DNA of 64,000 bases from Octopus vulgaris (taxonomy: Eukaryota), in NCBI GenBank assembly GCA_951406725.2, contig OX597816.1:32922001-32986000 (forward strand), in the 5' to 3' direction. Below the pieces are notes generated by a model. It was not told the origin of the DNA, ran no database searches, and saw nothing but the letters and a program-made list of their open reading frames with translations. Below, piece by piece: positions 1-12,825 of the stretch. Every line of letters starts with the position of its first letter. Position 1 is the first letter of the stretch. Position numbers and translations under genes: made by a program.

Positions 1-685
1 CCAAGTTTGATTTTGCTTCTCATCATTTTGCTTCTCATCGCTGAATTAAGTACACACTGAATACTGAAGTCAATGTAAGCAACTAATCAACTCGCACAAA
101 ATTGTGCTTATATCAGAGAGGTTTATTATGATTATCATTATTATTGTTGGGTTAGGGATCCGATCGTATGATTATTTAAACAAGCTAAGAGAGTATACAG
201 CATAAAAATTGGATAGAACATACTTCAATTTTAGAAAGTTACAAGCGATTACCTTGTCATCTCTATTTTATATTGAAAACTTCACAGATTACCGAAAAAA
301 GAAAATCATTTTTTTCTGAAAGATAAACTACATATAGTTATACAGAGCTTTCATAATTCAAACGAAAACTACTCCGTTTATCATCATAAAATTTACTTTC
401 CTATCAAAGCTGAATTTATTTCATTAATTACTTACCAGAGCATCATCAGCGATTCTCTGTAATTAACTCTCAAGAGCATTTGAAAAAAAAAAATTTCTGG
501 AACCCTTACCGGGTATTTATTGTGTGGAGCAAATGCTGCAAAAATATTGTATCAGGTCGTAGGTGCCAACGATTCGTTATAGGGAGTAGTGATGACACAT
601 TTTGCATCGAGCTGGTATTTAAAATAATTAGCTAGATCGATTAAGCGCTATCTCATGAAAATGGCTTGATATATGTCTATACATA

Positions 686-729
<44 letters not shown>

Positions 730-846
730 AAAAGCAATAAAGATTCAAGTTAATTTAAATGAATTTACTTGAATATGGTACCTAACTTAGATGCACCAAA
801 AAAAACTATACTGTTTTAACAATACAGTAATGTGGGGTGATTATAA

Positions 847-1695
847 GCGAGAAAGAAGCAACAAGAATGGATAGGTTTTTAGTACAATCGTTTCATACAA
901 GGACAGGCTTTATTAAAAGTTGCAAAAATTACAGCATATAAACGTGTCCCGTACTCATCACCTAAAATACATGTGAGTTCTCTAGACATCCTAGTGGTTG
1001 AGGCTATACTCATGAGGTAATGTAGATAATTAAGTAACATAAACAGATTTCCAAAGTTCATTAAAGTTCTTTAAAGATGATGTATAGTCTTATCACAGAA
1101 ATTTAAAAAAAGTTTTAATAGCATCACAGAGAAGGTGACCTAATCCATAGTGCACATATGAATTTCCAGAGATATGAGGAGGGATTACATACTCACAGAC
1201 GACAAATTTATCCATTGTTAATCACAATGAGGTGGGTCTCAATTCCTGCTTATTAGCATTACAGAGAGGGTGAATTAATCCTTTGTATAGATGCACAATT
1301 TCCAATGGTGTAGATGTAAATTTCCAGAGAAATGAAGAGAAATTTGTGAGTATGTAATCCCTCCTCATATCTCTGGAAATTCATATGTGCACTATGGATT
1401 AGGTCACCTTCTCTGTGATGCTATTAAAACTTTTTTAAAATTTCTGTGATAAGACTATACATCATCTTTAAAGAACTTTAATGAACTTTGGAAATCTGTT
1501 TATGTTACTTAATTATCTACATTACCTCATGAGTATAGCCTCGACCACTAGGATGTCTAGAGAACTCACATGTATTTTAGGTGATGAGTACGGGACACGT
1601 TTATATGCTGTAATTTTTGCAACTTTTAATAAAGCCTGTCCTTGTATGAAACGATTGTACTAAAAACCTATCCATTCTTGTTGCTTCTTTCTCGC
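847..1695. repeat. 351-bp near-perfect inverted repeat (arms 847-1197 and 1345-1695, 147-bp spacer) between two (TA)n tracts; probable PLE-derived fold-back element
   Basis: Arms are reverse complements with about 2 mismatches seen; the same 60-aa spurious ORF appears on both strands (879-1061 minus, 1481-1663 plus); (TA)n at ~690-727 and ~1697-1750. Confidence 0.93.
1575..1665 (+). ncRNA. Hammerhead ribozyme-like motif, type I, with C3G core substitution (mirror copy 877-967, minus)
   Basis: Stem I TTTTAG/CTAAAA; core GTGATGA instead of CTGATGA; long stem II GTACGGGACA...TGTCCTTGTAT; GAAA; stem III ACGATTGT (near-palindrome); GUA cleavage triplet. Confidence 0.65.
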
Positions 1696-1696
1696 G

Positions 1697-1752
<56 letters not shown>

Positions 1753-1790
1753 TATGAAAGAATGGAGTTGCACGACTAGTTAACAAATAT

Positions 1791-1885
1791 CCTTTATTCT
1801 CGACATATGTTTCGAAGGCTGCATATTCCTAATTCCGAAGGAATAAGGAGTATATTATGCAGATTTCTCATCAGGAAAATCAAGG
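1791..1885 (-). ncRNA. Type I hammerhead ribozyme with intact core
   Basis: Minus strand: CCTTG-ATTTTC CTGATGA [54-nt stem II closed by G-C, containing CTGCATA...TATGCAG] GAAA CATATG TC GAGAAT-AAAGG; canonical GUC triplet; palindromic stem III ACATATGT. Confidence 0.85.
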
Positions 1886-2249
1886 AACTTATGTCGACAT
1901 CAAAATACACAAAAAACATTTAGCTGATCGCTCTCAAGGGGCTCATGTGCGGTGAATTTGAAAATTACAATATACAGATATGTCGCACATGTATTCTTGG
2001 TGCTGTATGCTGCACAAATCTGCATTATTTTTAGTGCCCTCATTGAAGATATACGGATGTCATATTAATTTATTTTGTACATTGCGACAGAGACTAAGGG
2101 TAACAATAGATTTTTTAAATATGTTCATTCATTTTGAAATTGCTCCTATTCGTGGTTTGGATTTTAACTGCCCTTTCTAGCATGTAAGGTGTCCTGTTAA
2201 AGATAACCTCTTCCGTGTATAAATACGTAAATTATTTGGACACATACAT

Positions 2250-2285
<36 letters not shown>

Positions 2286-2428
2286 TTATATATATATACA
2301 TGTATGCATAAACACATGAGTGCGTGGGCGTATAAATATGCATATCAATGTTTGTAATTATATTAAACATATAAACATACATACATATATATATATAATA
2401 AATCTCTTTCTCTCTCTCTCACTCTCTC

Positions 2429-2514
<86 letters not shown>

Positions 2515-2910
2515 CATATATGCACGCACATAAATACGTGCTCGCATACATTTATAATTACTAATTACATAATTACATCAAATTTTATAAGCTGATACCA
2601 CCTGCGCAAATTTTACATCTTCCAGCTGTATAAAATTATCAACATCTACCGGTTTGTGGCATGTAACTTAGGATTGATATCCGCTGATACTGTGAGAGCA
2701 GCTTAGCAATCAATCCCGGAATTAGTACCAGATGGGAATGTTGAGAAGCTTCCTCTCTCAGCGGGAGCAGGTACTCACTCTATCACACACGCTTACACGA
2801 AATCATACAGTCATTTTATATATATATATATATATGCAATGAATCACTTACTGTGATGTCTTCCCCTCTACAAACACGCACACATGCACAAGCATACACA
2901 AATGCACACA

Positions 2911-2960
<50 letters not shown>

Positions 2961-3287
2961 AAACACACACACATACAAACACACACACACTTGCGCATAC
3001 ACACTCGCACATGCATAAATATTTAATAAATTAATATCATGAATCGGGAAGTACTCACTCTCACTTAGATATGAGCATTTACATACATACATACATATAT
3101 ATATACATACATACATGCATGCATATATACACAAGCATATATATACCTACATATATATATATATAGCATTTAGCAATTAAGGACAACTACTTAATAAGGA
3201 AAACTTAACAAGAAATTGTCAGGTAGATAGCGTAAGAACCTCATAAGAGAAAAAATTTCGAAAATAATTATTTCTTATTGAACATAT

Positions 3288-3612
3288 TAATTTATATATA
3301 GAGGGCATTATATACTTGCCAGAAGGCATTATACATACATGCCAAACGCTAAGAGGAGAATTAGTCATTTCTACCAAAAATATTACTAATCCTACCGAAT
3401 TAGTTGTTTATTTATAATGCATTCAGGCCTGCTGATGAGTACGTAAGTATGAAATCACTGTGATACAGGTCTATATATTTTTAAATGTCTTACTTTGAAA
3501 AATTGCATTCGGTAGGATTAGTAATATTTTTGTTAGAAATGACTAATTGTCCCTCTTAGCGTTTGGCATGTATGTATAATGCCTTCTGGCAAGTATATAA
3601 TGCCCTCTATAT

Positions 3613-3620
<8 letters not shown>
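3288..3620. repeat. ~113-bp inverted repeat (3288-3400 / 3507-3620) abutting (TA)n, with a hammerhead in the loop
   Basis: TAATTTATATATAGAGGGCATT...CCTACCGAAT is the reverse complement of ATTCGGTAGG...GCCCTCTATATATAAATTA with about 3 differences. Confidence 0.9.
3425..3472 (+). ncRNA. Compact type I hammerhead ribozyme with intact core
   Basis: AGGCCTG CTGATGA GTAC-GTAA-GTAT GAAA TCAC-T-GTGA TA CAGGTCT: 7-bp stem I, GNRA-capped stem II, short stem III, AUA triplet (cut after 3465). Confidence 0.85.
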
Positions 3621-3650
<30 letters not shown>

Positions 3651-3734
3651 ACTACATATATACGTATACATACATATACATATATACATATAGACATAAT
3701 TATCTATACATGCATAAATACATACACTGTAGAT

Positions 3735-4260
3735 TTAGAAATATGTCGGTAACTGATAGAAGAAATTCCAGGGACGTTGTTGTGTGGACACCACCAGACG
3801 ATGAAGTAGACTAGCCCAATACTTAGATATAGAGGAAGAAGTGTAGACTAGAACAGGGGAGCAACACCGGAGAGAGTAGAGTTGAGTAGAGGCATCCCGA
3901 CGTGCGATATAACAGATGTCAATGCGCGAAATTGAAATTGTAATTCCAACATAACTATATTTAACATTAGTGAATTCCTCTATCATTAATCTAAATTGTC
4001 TAAGTACTGATACATGTTGAAGTTTAAGCTGCCTAAAATACGTTTCGTCTCTTCCTTTCTAAATTTTCGCAGATTCACTACATCCGTAATCAACATTCCT
4101 ACGTCATCAAGTAAACCCACAAACACTACCACACACTGCCACAGTTCAGATATACTGCTTTTTTCAGGCCACCAGCCGCAATTAATTCTTCTATAAAATG
4201 AATTAGGCATCCCTTGACCATTGGTCAGGTTTGCCATTATATTGTACCATTGTCTGGGCA
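3735..4260 (-). mobile_element. Possible highly decayed APE-endonuclease fragment of an L1/Tx1-like LINE
   Basis: Minus ORF pieces contain YSY...SRIDICY and PWNF, resembling the SRID and WKFN motifs; weak. Confidence 0.25.
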
Positions 4261-4390
4261 ATAGATATCAACTCATTTCTTTTCTTTTTCAATTTTTTTA
4301 CTTCTTATAATATTTTTCTACAATATAATTAACACTACAAATCAAAAGTCATAAAAAACGAAGTAGCAACCACAATATTGAAAATATACA

Positions 4391-5345
4391 GGGCGGCGAG
4401 CTGGCAGAAACGTTAGCACGCCGGATGGAATGCTTAGCGGTATTTCGCCTGTCTTTACGTTGTCAGTTCAAATTCCGCTGAGGTCGACTTTGCCTTTCAT
4501 CATTTCGGGGTCAATTAAATAAGTACTAGTTACAGACATAATACCTATGTCTGTCCTTGTTTGTCCCCTCTATGTTTAGCCCCTTGTGGGTAATAAAGAA
4601 ATAGGTATTTCATCTGTCTCAAGGCGGTGAGCTGGCAGAATCGCTAGCATGACGGGCAAAATGCTTACCGGTATTTTGTCTGCCGCTACGTTCTGAGTTC
4701 AAATTCCGCCGAGGTCAACTTTGCCTTTCATCCTTTAGGGGTCGATTACCGGTATTTTGTCTGCCGCTACGTTCTGAGTTCAAATTCCGCCGAGGTCGAC
4801 TTTGCCTTTCATCCTTTCGGGGTCGATTAAATAAGTAACAGTTACGCACAGCGGTCAATGTAATCGACTTAATCCGTGTGTCTATCCTTGTTTGTCCCCT
4901 CTCTGTTTAGCCCCTTGTGGGTAGTAAAGAAATAGGTATTTCATCTGTCTCAAGGCGGCGAGCTGGCAGAAACATTAGCACGCTGGGCGAAATGCGTCGC
5001 CGTAAGTCGTTTGCCGGTACGTTCCGAGTTCAAATTCCGCCGAGGTCGACTTTGCCTTTCATCCTTTCGAGGTCAATAAATTAAGTACCAGTTACGTACT
5101 GATTCGATGTAATCGACTTAATCCCTTTGTCAGTCCTTGTTTGTCCCCTCTGTGTTTAGCCCCTTGTGGGTAGTAAAGAAATAAGTATTTCATATGTCTT
5201 TACGTTCTGACTTCACATTCCGCCGAGGTCGACTTGGCCTTTCATCCTTTCGAGGTCAATAAATTAAGTACCAGATATATGCTGGAGTCGATGTAATCGA
5301 CTGGCTCCTCCCCAAAAATTTCGGGCCTTGAGCCTAGAGTTGAAA
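4391..5345 (+). mobile_element. Tandem/nested cluster of three or more copies of one SINE family (AGGCGGCGAGCTGGCAGAA head; octopus OR-like)
   Basis: Repeated units starting ~4391, ~4621 and ~4952 with GAGTTCAAATTCC B-box-like motif, GAGGTCGACTTTGCCTTTCATCCTTTCGGGGTCG body and AAGAAATA tails. Confidence 0.85.
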
Positions 5346-5388
5346 AACTATTGAAAATATACTAAAAAAGGATTGTAAGAAAGATAAA

Positions 5389-5446
<58 letters not shown>

Positions 5447-6789
5447 ATTACATTTGAGCGAGCTTTCTCAATCTCCCTAACATATACATTCATACATACA
5501 AACACACATAGATGCATACATACAAACACACATACATGCATACATACAAACACACATACGTCTATACATACATACATGCATACATATACACATACACATA
5601 TACATAGATACATATACACGCATACATACATACATGATACATACATACATACATACATACATACATAATCATTCTTGCCACATAAATCAAATGATTACAT
5701 GCTAAGATCTGGAAGAACTAGATATATTAAGGCAACACACACATAAATGTGTGTGTGTGTGTGAGTTTAGGTAAATTTGACCAATATGTACACAAGCAAC
5801 CCCCACAAATCCAACCGCGTAAAAAAGACAAGCTCGACTTGCCGAATGCCTAAAAATATCCAAACGTATGGTATTTTCCTGTTAATAAAATATGCAGTAA
5901 AACAGTAAATAATAATCACAGGCCCACTTATTTGTCCATAAATCATCATTTACGCTACACATACATAATATTAACAAAAAATGTAAGATGTGTTATGTCT
6001 ATAAAATGTTTTATGTCTATAAAATACAAAATGATGCGTGATTAACTCAAGTTGATTCACCTAAAATTTCTCTTTTATTATGATGTATTTGTAAAGTGGG
6101 TAAACGTTGCATACCGTTTCTACGTTACCCAATTCAGCGCATATAGCAGGAACGATTACGTTTTGTGGAGGCGGGCGTATGTGATCGTGTTTGTTACTTT
6201 AGCTTTCATATGTCAAACATTCTTCTCAATCGTCACCCAGCTGAGTAATGTAGCTCGAATCACAGCCATATATCACATAATTTACGCGATCTACATCCGA
6301 TACCGAAACATGTAATATACTCACACCGTACTCAGGAATACCAATCCTGGCAAGAGTTAAAATAGAAAACAGCCAACGCAACACATACTTTAAAAAGTAA
6401 TACACAGCAAAATATCACAGATTTCAAAATATACTTTTCACCAGTGCTTCTCAAACTTTTTTGTAACGTATCGAGGCTGTAATTTAATAGACACATTTTC
6501 AACAACTAATAGCTATGATTCAATGACCCGTCGTTTTTCAATCTACTTACATTCAATGAAGTAATTCTGTTTTGAATATTACTTTTCTACTTCGCAAAGC
6601 ACCTAAGTATTAAATTAAAGGTTTGACGCATTGACATTTGACCTTAATTATTTCATACACTTTAAGCATGAGACTTCACCCAATGCTCGATACATACGTA
6701 TTCTTTGTGTATTTCGTATAAACCCCCATAGTGTGTTTTCTACTTGTCCACACAATTTAGATGTAATGGCCAATATCTATCAATGGTTG

Positions 6790-6995
6790 GGGCTGCGAGA
6801 TGGCAGAAGTGTTTTCACAGCGGGCAAAAAGCCTACCGGTATTTCGTCTCTCTGTGTAGTGAGTTCAAATTCCGATTTTGACTTTCAGCCTTTGGGGTTC
6901 GATAAAATGAGTATTGTTTGAGCTTTAGGGCAGATATAATCGACTTACTACTCCCCTGAACTATCTGGCCTTTCTGTCAAAATTTGAAATCAATA
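6790..6995 (+). mobile_element. Diverged SINE copy (same family as 4391-5345)
   Basis: GGCTGCGAGATGGCAGAA...GGTATTTCGTCT...GAGTTCAAATTCC. Confidence 0.65.
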
Positions 6996-7113
6996 TCTAT
7001 AAATGATGGTAAATTATGAGATTAAGAGATGACATATGACATTGCTAGATTCAACAACGTTGAAATATGTATATTTGCATATATACATATCCGCTCGCAC
7101 ATACACACACACA

Positions 7114-7175
<62 letters not shown>

Positions 7176-7333
7176 TGTGTGTGAGTGTGTGTATGTGTGT
7201 GTGTATAAACAAAATTCAGGTAGTTACTTAATGCTGTAGCTGCAGTGAACTCTATGTCTGGAAATTCCCCAAAATTTGAGAATGCCTTTTATTCTATATT
7301 TTAGTTTCTTCCTTATGATTTTCCTACACTGGT

Positions 7334-7385
<52 letters not shown>

Positions 7386-7387
<2 letters not shown>

Positions 7388-7675
7388 CTGTAAACGTAAT
7401 ATATGATTATTATTCGGTAGACATGATAAAACTCCGAGTTTCGGATGTCGGAAATCCACGCCGTCATCACTTCACTTATCCGGCCATCGGAAAAAAATGC
7501 TATGAAAATGACCGTGAAATTTTCATACCATTTTTACCGATAGCTGGATAACTCGGAGTTTTGTCATGTCTCCCGAATAATTGTCATATATTACATGTAC
7601 AGATAAATTCCTCTATTTACATAATATCAAGGTCTCTTTCATTCTGTGTTGTCTTACCATTTCTATCAACATATA
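7386..7675. mobile_element. Fold-back element family B (palindrome 7386-7604 plus ~70-bp tail) between microsatellites; decayed hammerheads in the arms
   Basis: Self-complementary; homologous in opposite orientation to 47042-47346; left arm minus strand GATAA GTGAAGT...GAAA CTCGGAG TT TTATC. Confidence 0.8.
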
Positions 7676-7734
7676 GATAGATAGATATATAGATAAATAG
7701 ATAGATAGACAGACAGGCCGACAAACAGGACTTA

Positions 7735-7826
7735 CTGTTTGTAAGCCTAGTACTTATTCTATCGGACACTTTTGCCGAACCGCTAAGATACGGGGGCGCA
7801 AACACAGACACACAAACATATGTATA

Positions 7827-7892
<66 letters not shown>

Positions 7893-8045
7893 GAAGGGGT
7901 TCTTTCAGTTACCGTCTACCAAATCCACTCAGAAGGACCTAGTCGACCGGAGGCTGTAGAAGATGACGCTTGCCCAAAGTGCCATGCAGTGGGACTGAAC
8001 ACGGAACCTTGCGATTAGGAAGCAAACTTCTTAGCACAGAGCCAC
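7735..8045 (-). mobile_element. tRNA-derived SINE with internal microsatellite (family of 11297-11730)
   Basis: Reverse complement matches GTGGATTTGGTAG(A)CGG(A)AACTGAAAGAA and CTTAGCGGTTCGGCAAAAG of the 11.3 kb copy. Confidence 0.75.
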
Positions 8046-8049
8046 CAAC

Positions 8050-10390
8050 CTGTACCAGCAGGCTTTCAATGAGAACAGTGGCATACAATATTAATTAGCT
8101 CTGATAGAGACAACAGTAATCCCAAAATGCAGAACCAACCATATAGCAAGAATCTACCGGTCAACTGAATGCCATAAATTAATGTATAAGATAATACAGA
8201 GTGTTTAAACTTCTTCCTGCAACGCCATTGTGAAATCGATAATATCATCACAGTAGACCAAGTAGCTTGGAAGAAAGTAATCTGGGGATGTGCCGAGTAA
8301 TTGTAAATCAACAAATCTGTGATGTCAGAGGTGAGGGTGCTTAGAAAGAAATTAATCTCAATACGACTACTCTACAAGAAAGCTTTTGACTCTGTTCTCC
8401 ACGCATGGATACTAGCAGCACGTCAGCTTGCTAAAGTTTCAGTGAGTGTAGTCAAATCTATAGATGACTTTATTCTATCTTAAAATTAAACACAAAGAGT
8501 GACAATTCTATTAGTGATAGAATACAGTATAGCAGAGGCATATCCCAAGGGGGCATCTTCTCTGTGAAGTTGTTTATACTTTCTGTAATGTCTTTGTCAC
8601 TCATGTTAAAGAAGTCCCAACGATATCTCACTGATTCACAAGAAAACGGAATTACCAAAATTACAAACTGTCTCGTTGCGGATGTCCTGAAACTATGTGC
8701 AAAATTATGCTCGAGATGAAAAAGATCCTGGTTACAACATTCTCAAAGAATATAGGGTTGGAGTTTGGTCAGGATATATGTTCTTATATGATTATGAAAA
8801 GAGAAAAAACTGTAAACAGGACTAGCAACACTTCCATCAATAACTCGACTGTTTCCTCTATATCTGATGAGGAACGTTACGGGATAACAACGTATCTTAC
8901 GATGGCACCTTTAACAATACACGTGTCTCTAGATTATATTACAACCGAATAAATAAAATGTGGACTTCGGAACTATCTGAATTCGAAAAAAAAGCGGCCC
9001 ACAATGTGTTTGCAGTGCCAGTATACACACCAACATTCGGACTACTTGACTGGACACTTGATATCTAAACCATTGATTTGAGAACCCAGAAGATACTACT
9101 AATTACACATAATTTCCACATCGACAGTGAGTGCCTAAAGTGAATATTTAGACTCTACCTAAAGAAGAAACAAGGCGACATCGTGCTTTTGAATGTCGCA
9201 TCATATCCATTCGCCAACATCTTTTAACCGTGAAGTGTCAAAGTGCATCCCTTCATCATGTTTGCATACATGAGGCTTATGATATCATACGACTTGCACG
9301 GCAGAACCTTGGGCAGCATTCTTAGATAACCCTAGATACATGCCCAAAGAAGTCGCACGACTCTCCTGCAATGCATCATCATATGGAAGGATGTGCATAT
9401 AGGAACAGGAATCTATGTATGGCTATATTAGTATAACGATTGAAGATGATAGCAGCATTGAACCTCAAAGTAGTCTATCACAGACCAATAACCTTATTAC
9501 TTCCACTATGACATGTATGCGTTTGCAATCGAGGAACAGGAATTGTCAGCCAAAAACCTGATTCCCAAAGGGATAGAGATGCTGGCAAAACAATAAAAAT
9601 GACAACTAATGCAGGCTTTGTGGAGTGAACAGCGAAAATACCAGCCACATCATAGACTGATGTTCGAAAATGTCATCACGGTATTATCTACCGATGAAAC
9701 GTGGTGTTGTAGCTAGGTCACTGTGAAATGAAATCCGTCGAAAGGATAACCTCAAGTACAAAGTTGTAAGAACCCACAGTATGGCGGAAGCCACATCCAC
9801 TCATAATAAAAAGGAGTACTGGTGGAATGTTCCACTGAAAACCTCAATATGTAAACACAACATACGTATGTTTACATATTGGGACAGAGTAGAGAAAATA
9901 CGTACAGTTGTAGAAATTAGCTGACCAACGGATGTTAAAATATGAAGATCAGTAAAATTACTCTATCCAGATTACAAGTTCAGGTGTACACCTGAAATTA
10001 TTGAGGCACTGATATATGTAACAACTAACTAAATACCAATCTTACGAAAGTAGGCTTCTCGATACCAGAAAAGAGAAAGCTGATTCGAAGCGTATTGATT
10101 CAAGTCATTACTGGAACTGTAAAAATCTGTAAAATTATCAAGGAGTTTATTATTTAGCTATATATGAACATGTCTGGGTATGCAACTAAATGCATGAGAA
10201 GATATGCGTAAAACAAAACATACACACCTGCACGTGCATCCATCCGTCCATACATCCACCTATCCAAATATACCTGTTTTTAATGTTGAAATTCCAATGA
10301 AGGACCTTGAATCTAGGTTAGAAACCGGCCCTTTCTCTATTGGCACGAAATCTTGAAATAAAGATGAATAATGCCATCCATGCACTCATA
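8050..10390 (+). mobile_element. Decayed non-LTR retrotransposon with RT and restriction-like endonuclease (R4/Dong-like), 5' truncated
   Basis: Broken frames give YKKAFDSVLHAW, GISQG, VADVLKL, CRLCGVN..HII (CCHC knuckle), YWWNVP, VVEIS; homologous to 52985-54425. Confidence 0.75.
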
Positions 10391-10401
10391 TACATACAGA
10401 C

Positions 10402-10469
<68 letters not shown>

Positions 10470-10505
10470 TCCAATGTGAGTGGACGGTGTAAATATGCAT
10501 ATACG

Positions 10506-10537
<32 letters not shown>

Positions 10538-11296
10538 AGTGTGTGCGTGTGTGTGTGTGCGTATGCATATAAAACACAAATAGACACGCAGACAGGCAGT
10601 GCGGAATAGGGTAAAAGTAGCTTAGAAGTGAATAATTGAGTGAATGAATGAGTGAGTGGGTGAATGGAAATAATCAAAATTTGTGCGTGGAAACAAAGAT
10701 AATAAAACTGAATGAAAGAATACAAACTGAATCATGTGACTTGAAAGAAAATATTTTCGAATTATTAGAAGTACGCAAAATCTCTTTTAATGTATTACGT
10801 TAATAAAAATAGCAATCATAATCTTTTTATATTTAATAATACATATTTCTTTTGGATGAAGCAAATTAAAAACAAAGATAAAGATAAATTTCTATATTAT
10901 TTTTTGTATGCTTTTCTTGTTTCGATCTAACGATCAATGACAAAATATTATGAATCTGTAAGTTTATTTCGAGATTGGGAAATATATTTGATTAATAGTT
11001 TAATAATAAACGTGTGCAATTGGTAGGCATATTTCATTGATCTTTGACGAAAAGCATTATTCAGAAATTGTTTACTTGCAGTGCGTCGGTGATAAGTGGA
11101 GTATATAATGCATTTCAAATGCGGATCCTGAGTGCATTGACTGACGTTATGGTTGGTGCTTCCCAAATACGTTGATTGTTATGCATTAATATAACTCAGT
11201 ATTTTTTTTTTTAATTCTCCCATTTCGCTTAATAACAATTTCAAATGTGTTGCTGGGGTTTCTTTAAAACGCAGTTCTTTATTATTTGTAGCATTA

Positions 11297-11730
11297 TAGG
11301 CGCAGGAGTGGCTGTGTGGTAAGTAGCTTGCTAACCAACCACATGGTTCCGGGTTCAGTCCTACTGCGTGGCATCTTGGGCAAGTGTCTTCTTCTATAGC
11401 CCCGTGCCGACCAATGCCTTGTGAGTGGATTTGGTAGACGGAAACTGAAAGAAGCCTGTCGTATATATGTATATATGTATATATATATATATATGTGTGT
11501 GTGTGTATGTGTTTGTTTGTATGTGTTTGTCTCCCTAGAATTGCTTGACAACCGATGCTGGTGTGTTTAAGTCCCCGTCACTTAGCGGTTCGGCAAAAGA
11601 GACCGATATAATAAGTACTGGGCTTAAAAAGAATAAGTCCCGGGGTCGAATTGCTCGACTAAAGGCGGTGCTCCAGCATGGCCGCAGTGAAATGACTGAA
11701 ACAAGTAAAAGAATAAAGAAAGTAAAGAAT
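11297..11730 (+). mobile_element. Full-length tRNA-derived SINE with internal (TA)/(TG) tract and hairpin 3' tail
   Basis: Head TGGCTGTGTGGTAAG (A-box-like) and GGTTCAGTCC (B-box-like); tail GGCGGTGCTCCAGCATGGCCGCAG...AAGTAAAAGAATAAAGA. Confidence 0.85.
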
Positions 11731-12589
11731 TGCTGGAAGGCTAAACATTCAATGTGATGTCTGAGGGCAGGATGAGATCAGTCGATACTATCGAACCAAT
11801 GTTTTATTGGTATATATCGTTTACAACCCCCGAAAAGATAAAATTTAAAGGCAACTAACAGCAGGATCAGAACTCAGAAGTTTAAAATGCTAAGACAAAT
11901 ACTGACACTCTAATGCTTCTGCCAAATAATTACCATTCTCAACATGGTGAAAATAATTGTGTTTCAACAACGAAAGCAAAATCTTGTAATTTTCAAAAGT
12001 TAAACAGCCGATTTATGATATGCAATATTCATATCATTTGAAAGATGCCAAAGTTCTGGTAGATAATTTCGTTGCTATTTCTAGCATACGATTTCGAGAC
12101 ACACTTGTTCAAATGAAAAGTCATACTCCTTGAAATGTTCTATATCAATATTCTGTTTATCAAGCTTATATCATTGTAAGATATAATAGTCGTCCAACTA
12201 CCTTGCCTGCAATATTATTAGCGTATTGAAAAATTAGAAGTGGAAATCTGACACATGTTCAACAAAAGTACGTAGAAGTAAATGCTAAATTGACAGATGA
12301 GATAGTAACTTTTACATTAGTGTATGTAAATATACCTTATATAAGACGGAGTTTTTTTCTGTAGATGAGCGTATTTCTGAAAATGGGTATTCGAATAAAT
12401 TTAACGGAGACATCAGATAACATACGTGGTAATTTAGACGGTGTTAAAGATGATGAGAGTAATGATGTTGAAGGGGAGAGGTCAGGGGTGGGGGAGAAGG
12501 AGATAGAGGCGGATAAGAGAAGAGTGATTGTGGTTCTGGTAGAGTTGGTAGTTGTGGTGTATATAGTGGTACCTGTGGTGGCTTTGGTG

Positions 12590-12793
12590 ACAGTGGTGGC
12601 GAGGGTGGTGCAAATGCTGTTGCTGGTGATAACGAAGACGACGATAATGATGTTGATGGTGGTGATGATGATGATGATGATGATGATGATAGTGAATGTG
12701 GTGGTGGAGGTGGTGGAGGTGGTGGTGCTGGTGGTGCTGGTGGTGCTGGTGGTGGTGGTGGTGGTGATGATGATGATGATGATGATGATGACG

Positions 12794-12825
<32 letters not shown>

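Noticed and set aside
879-1663. Identical 60-aa ORF on both strands
   Set aside because: By-product of the inverted repeat; no recognisable protein features
6238-6320. CTGAGTA...GAAACATGTA hammerhead-like string
   Set aside because: G8 missing, no stem I pairing, and stem II not adjacent to GAAA
10285-10345. CCAATGA...GAAACCGG motif in the 3' UTR of the RLE LINE (also ~54350)
   Set aside because: Core is not CUGANGA in either copy and the UH site is not properly formed
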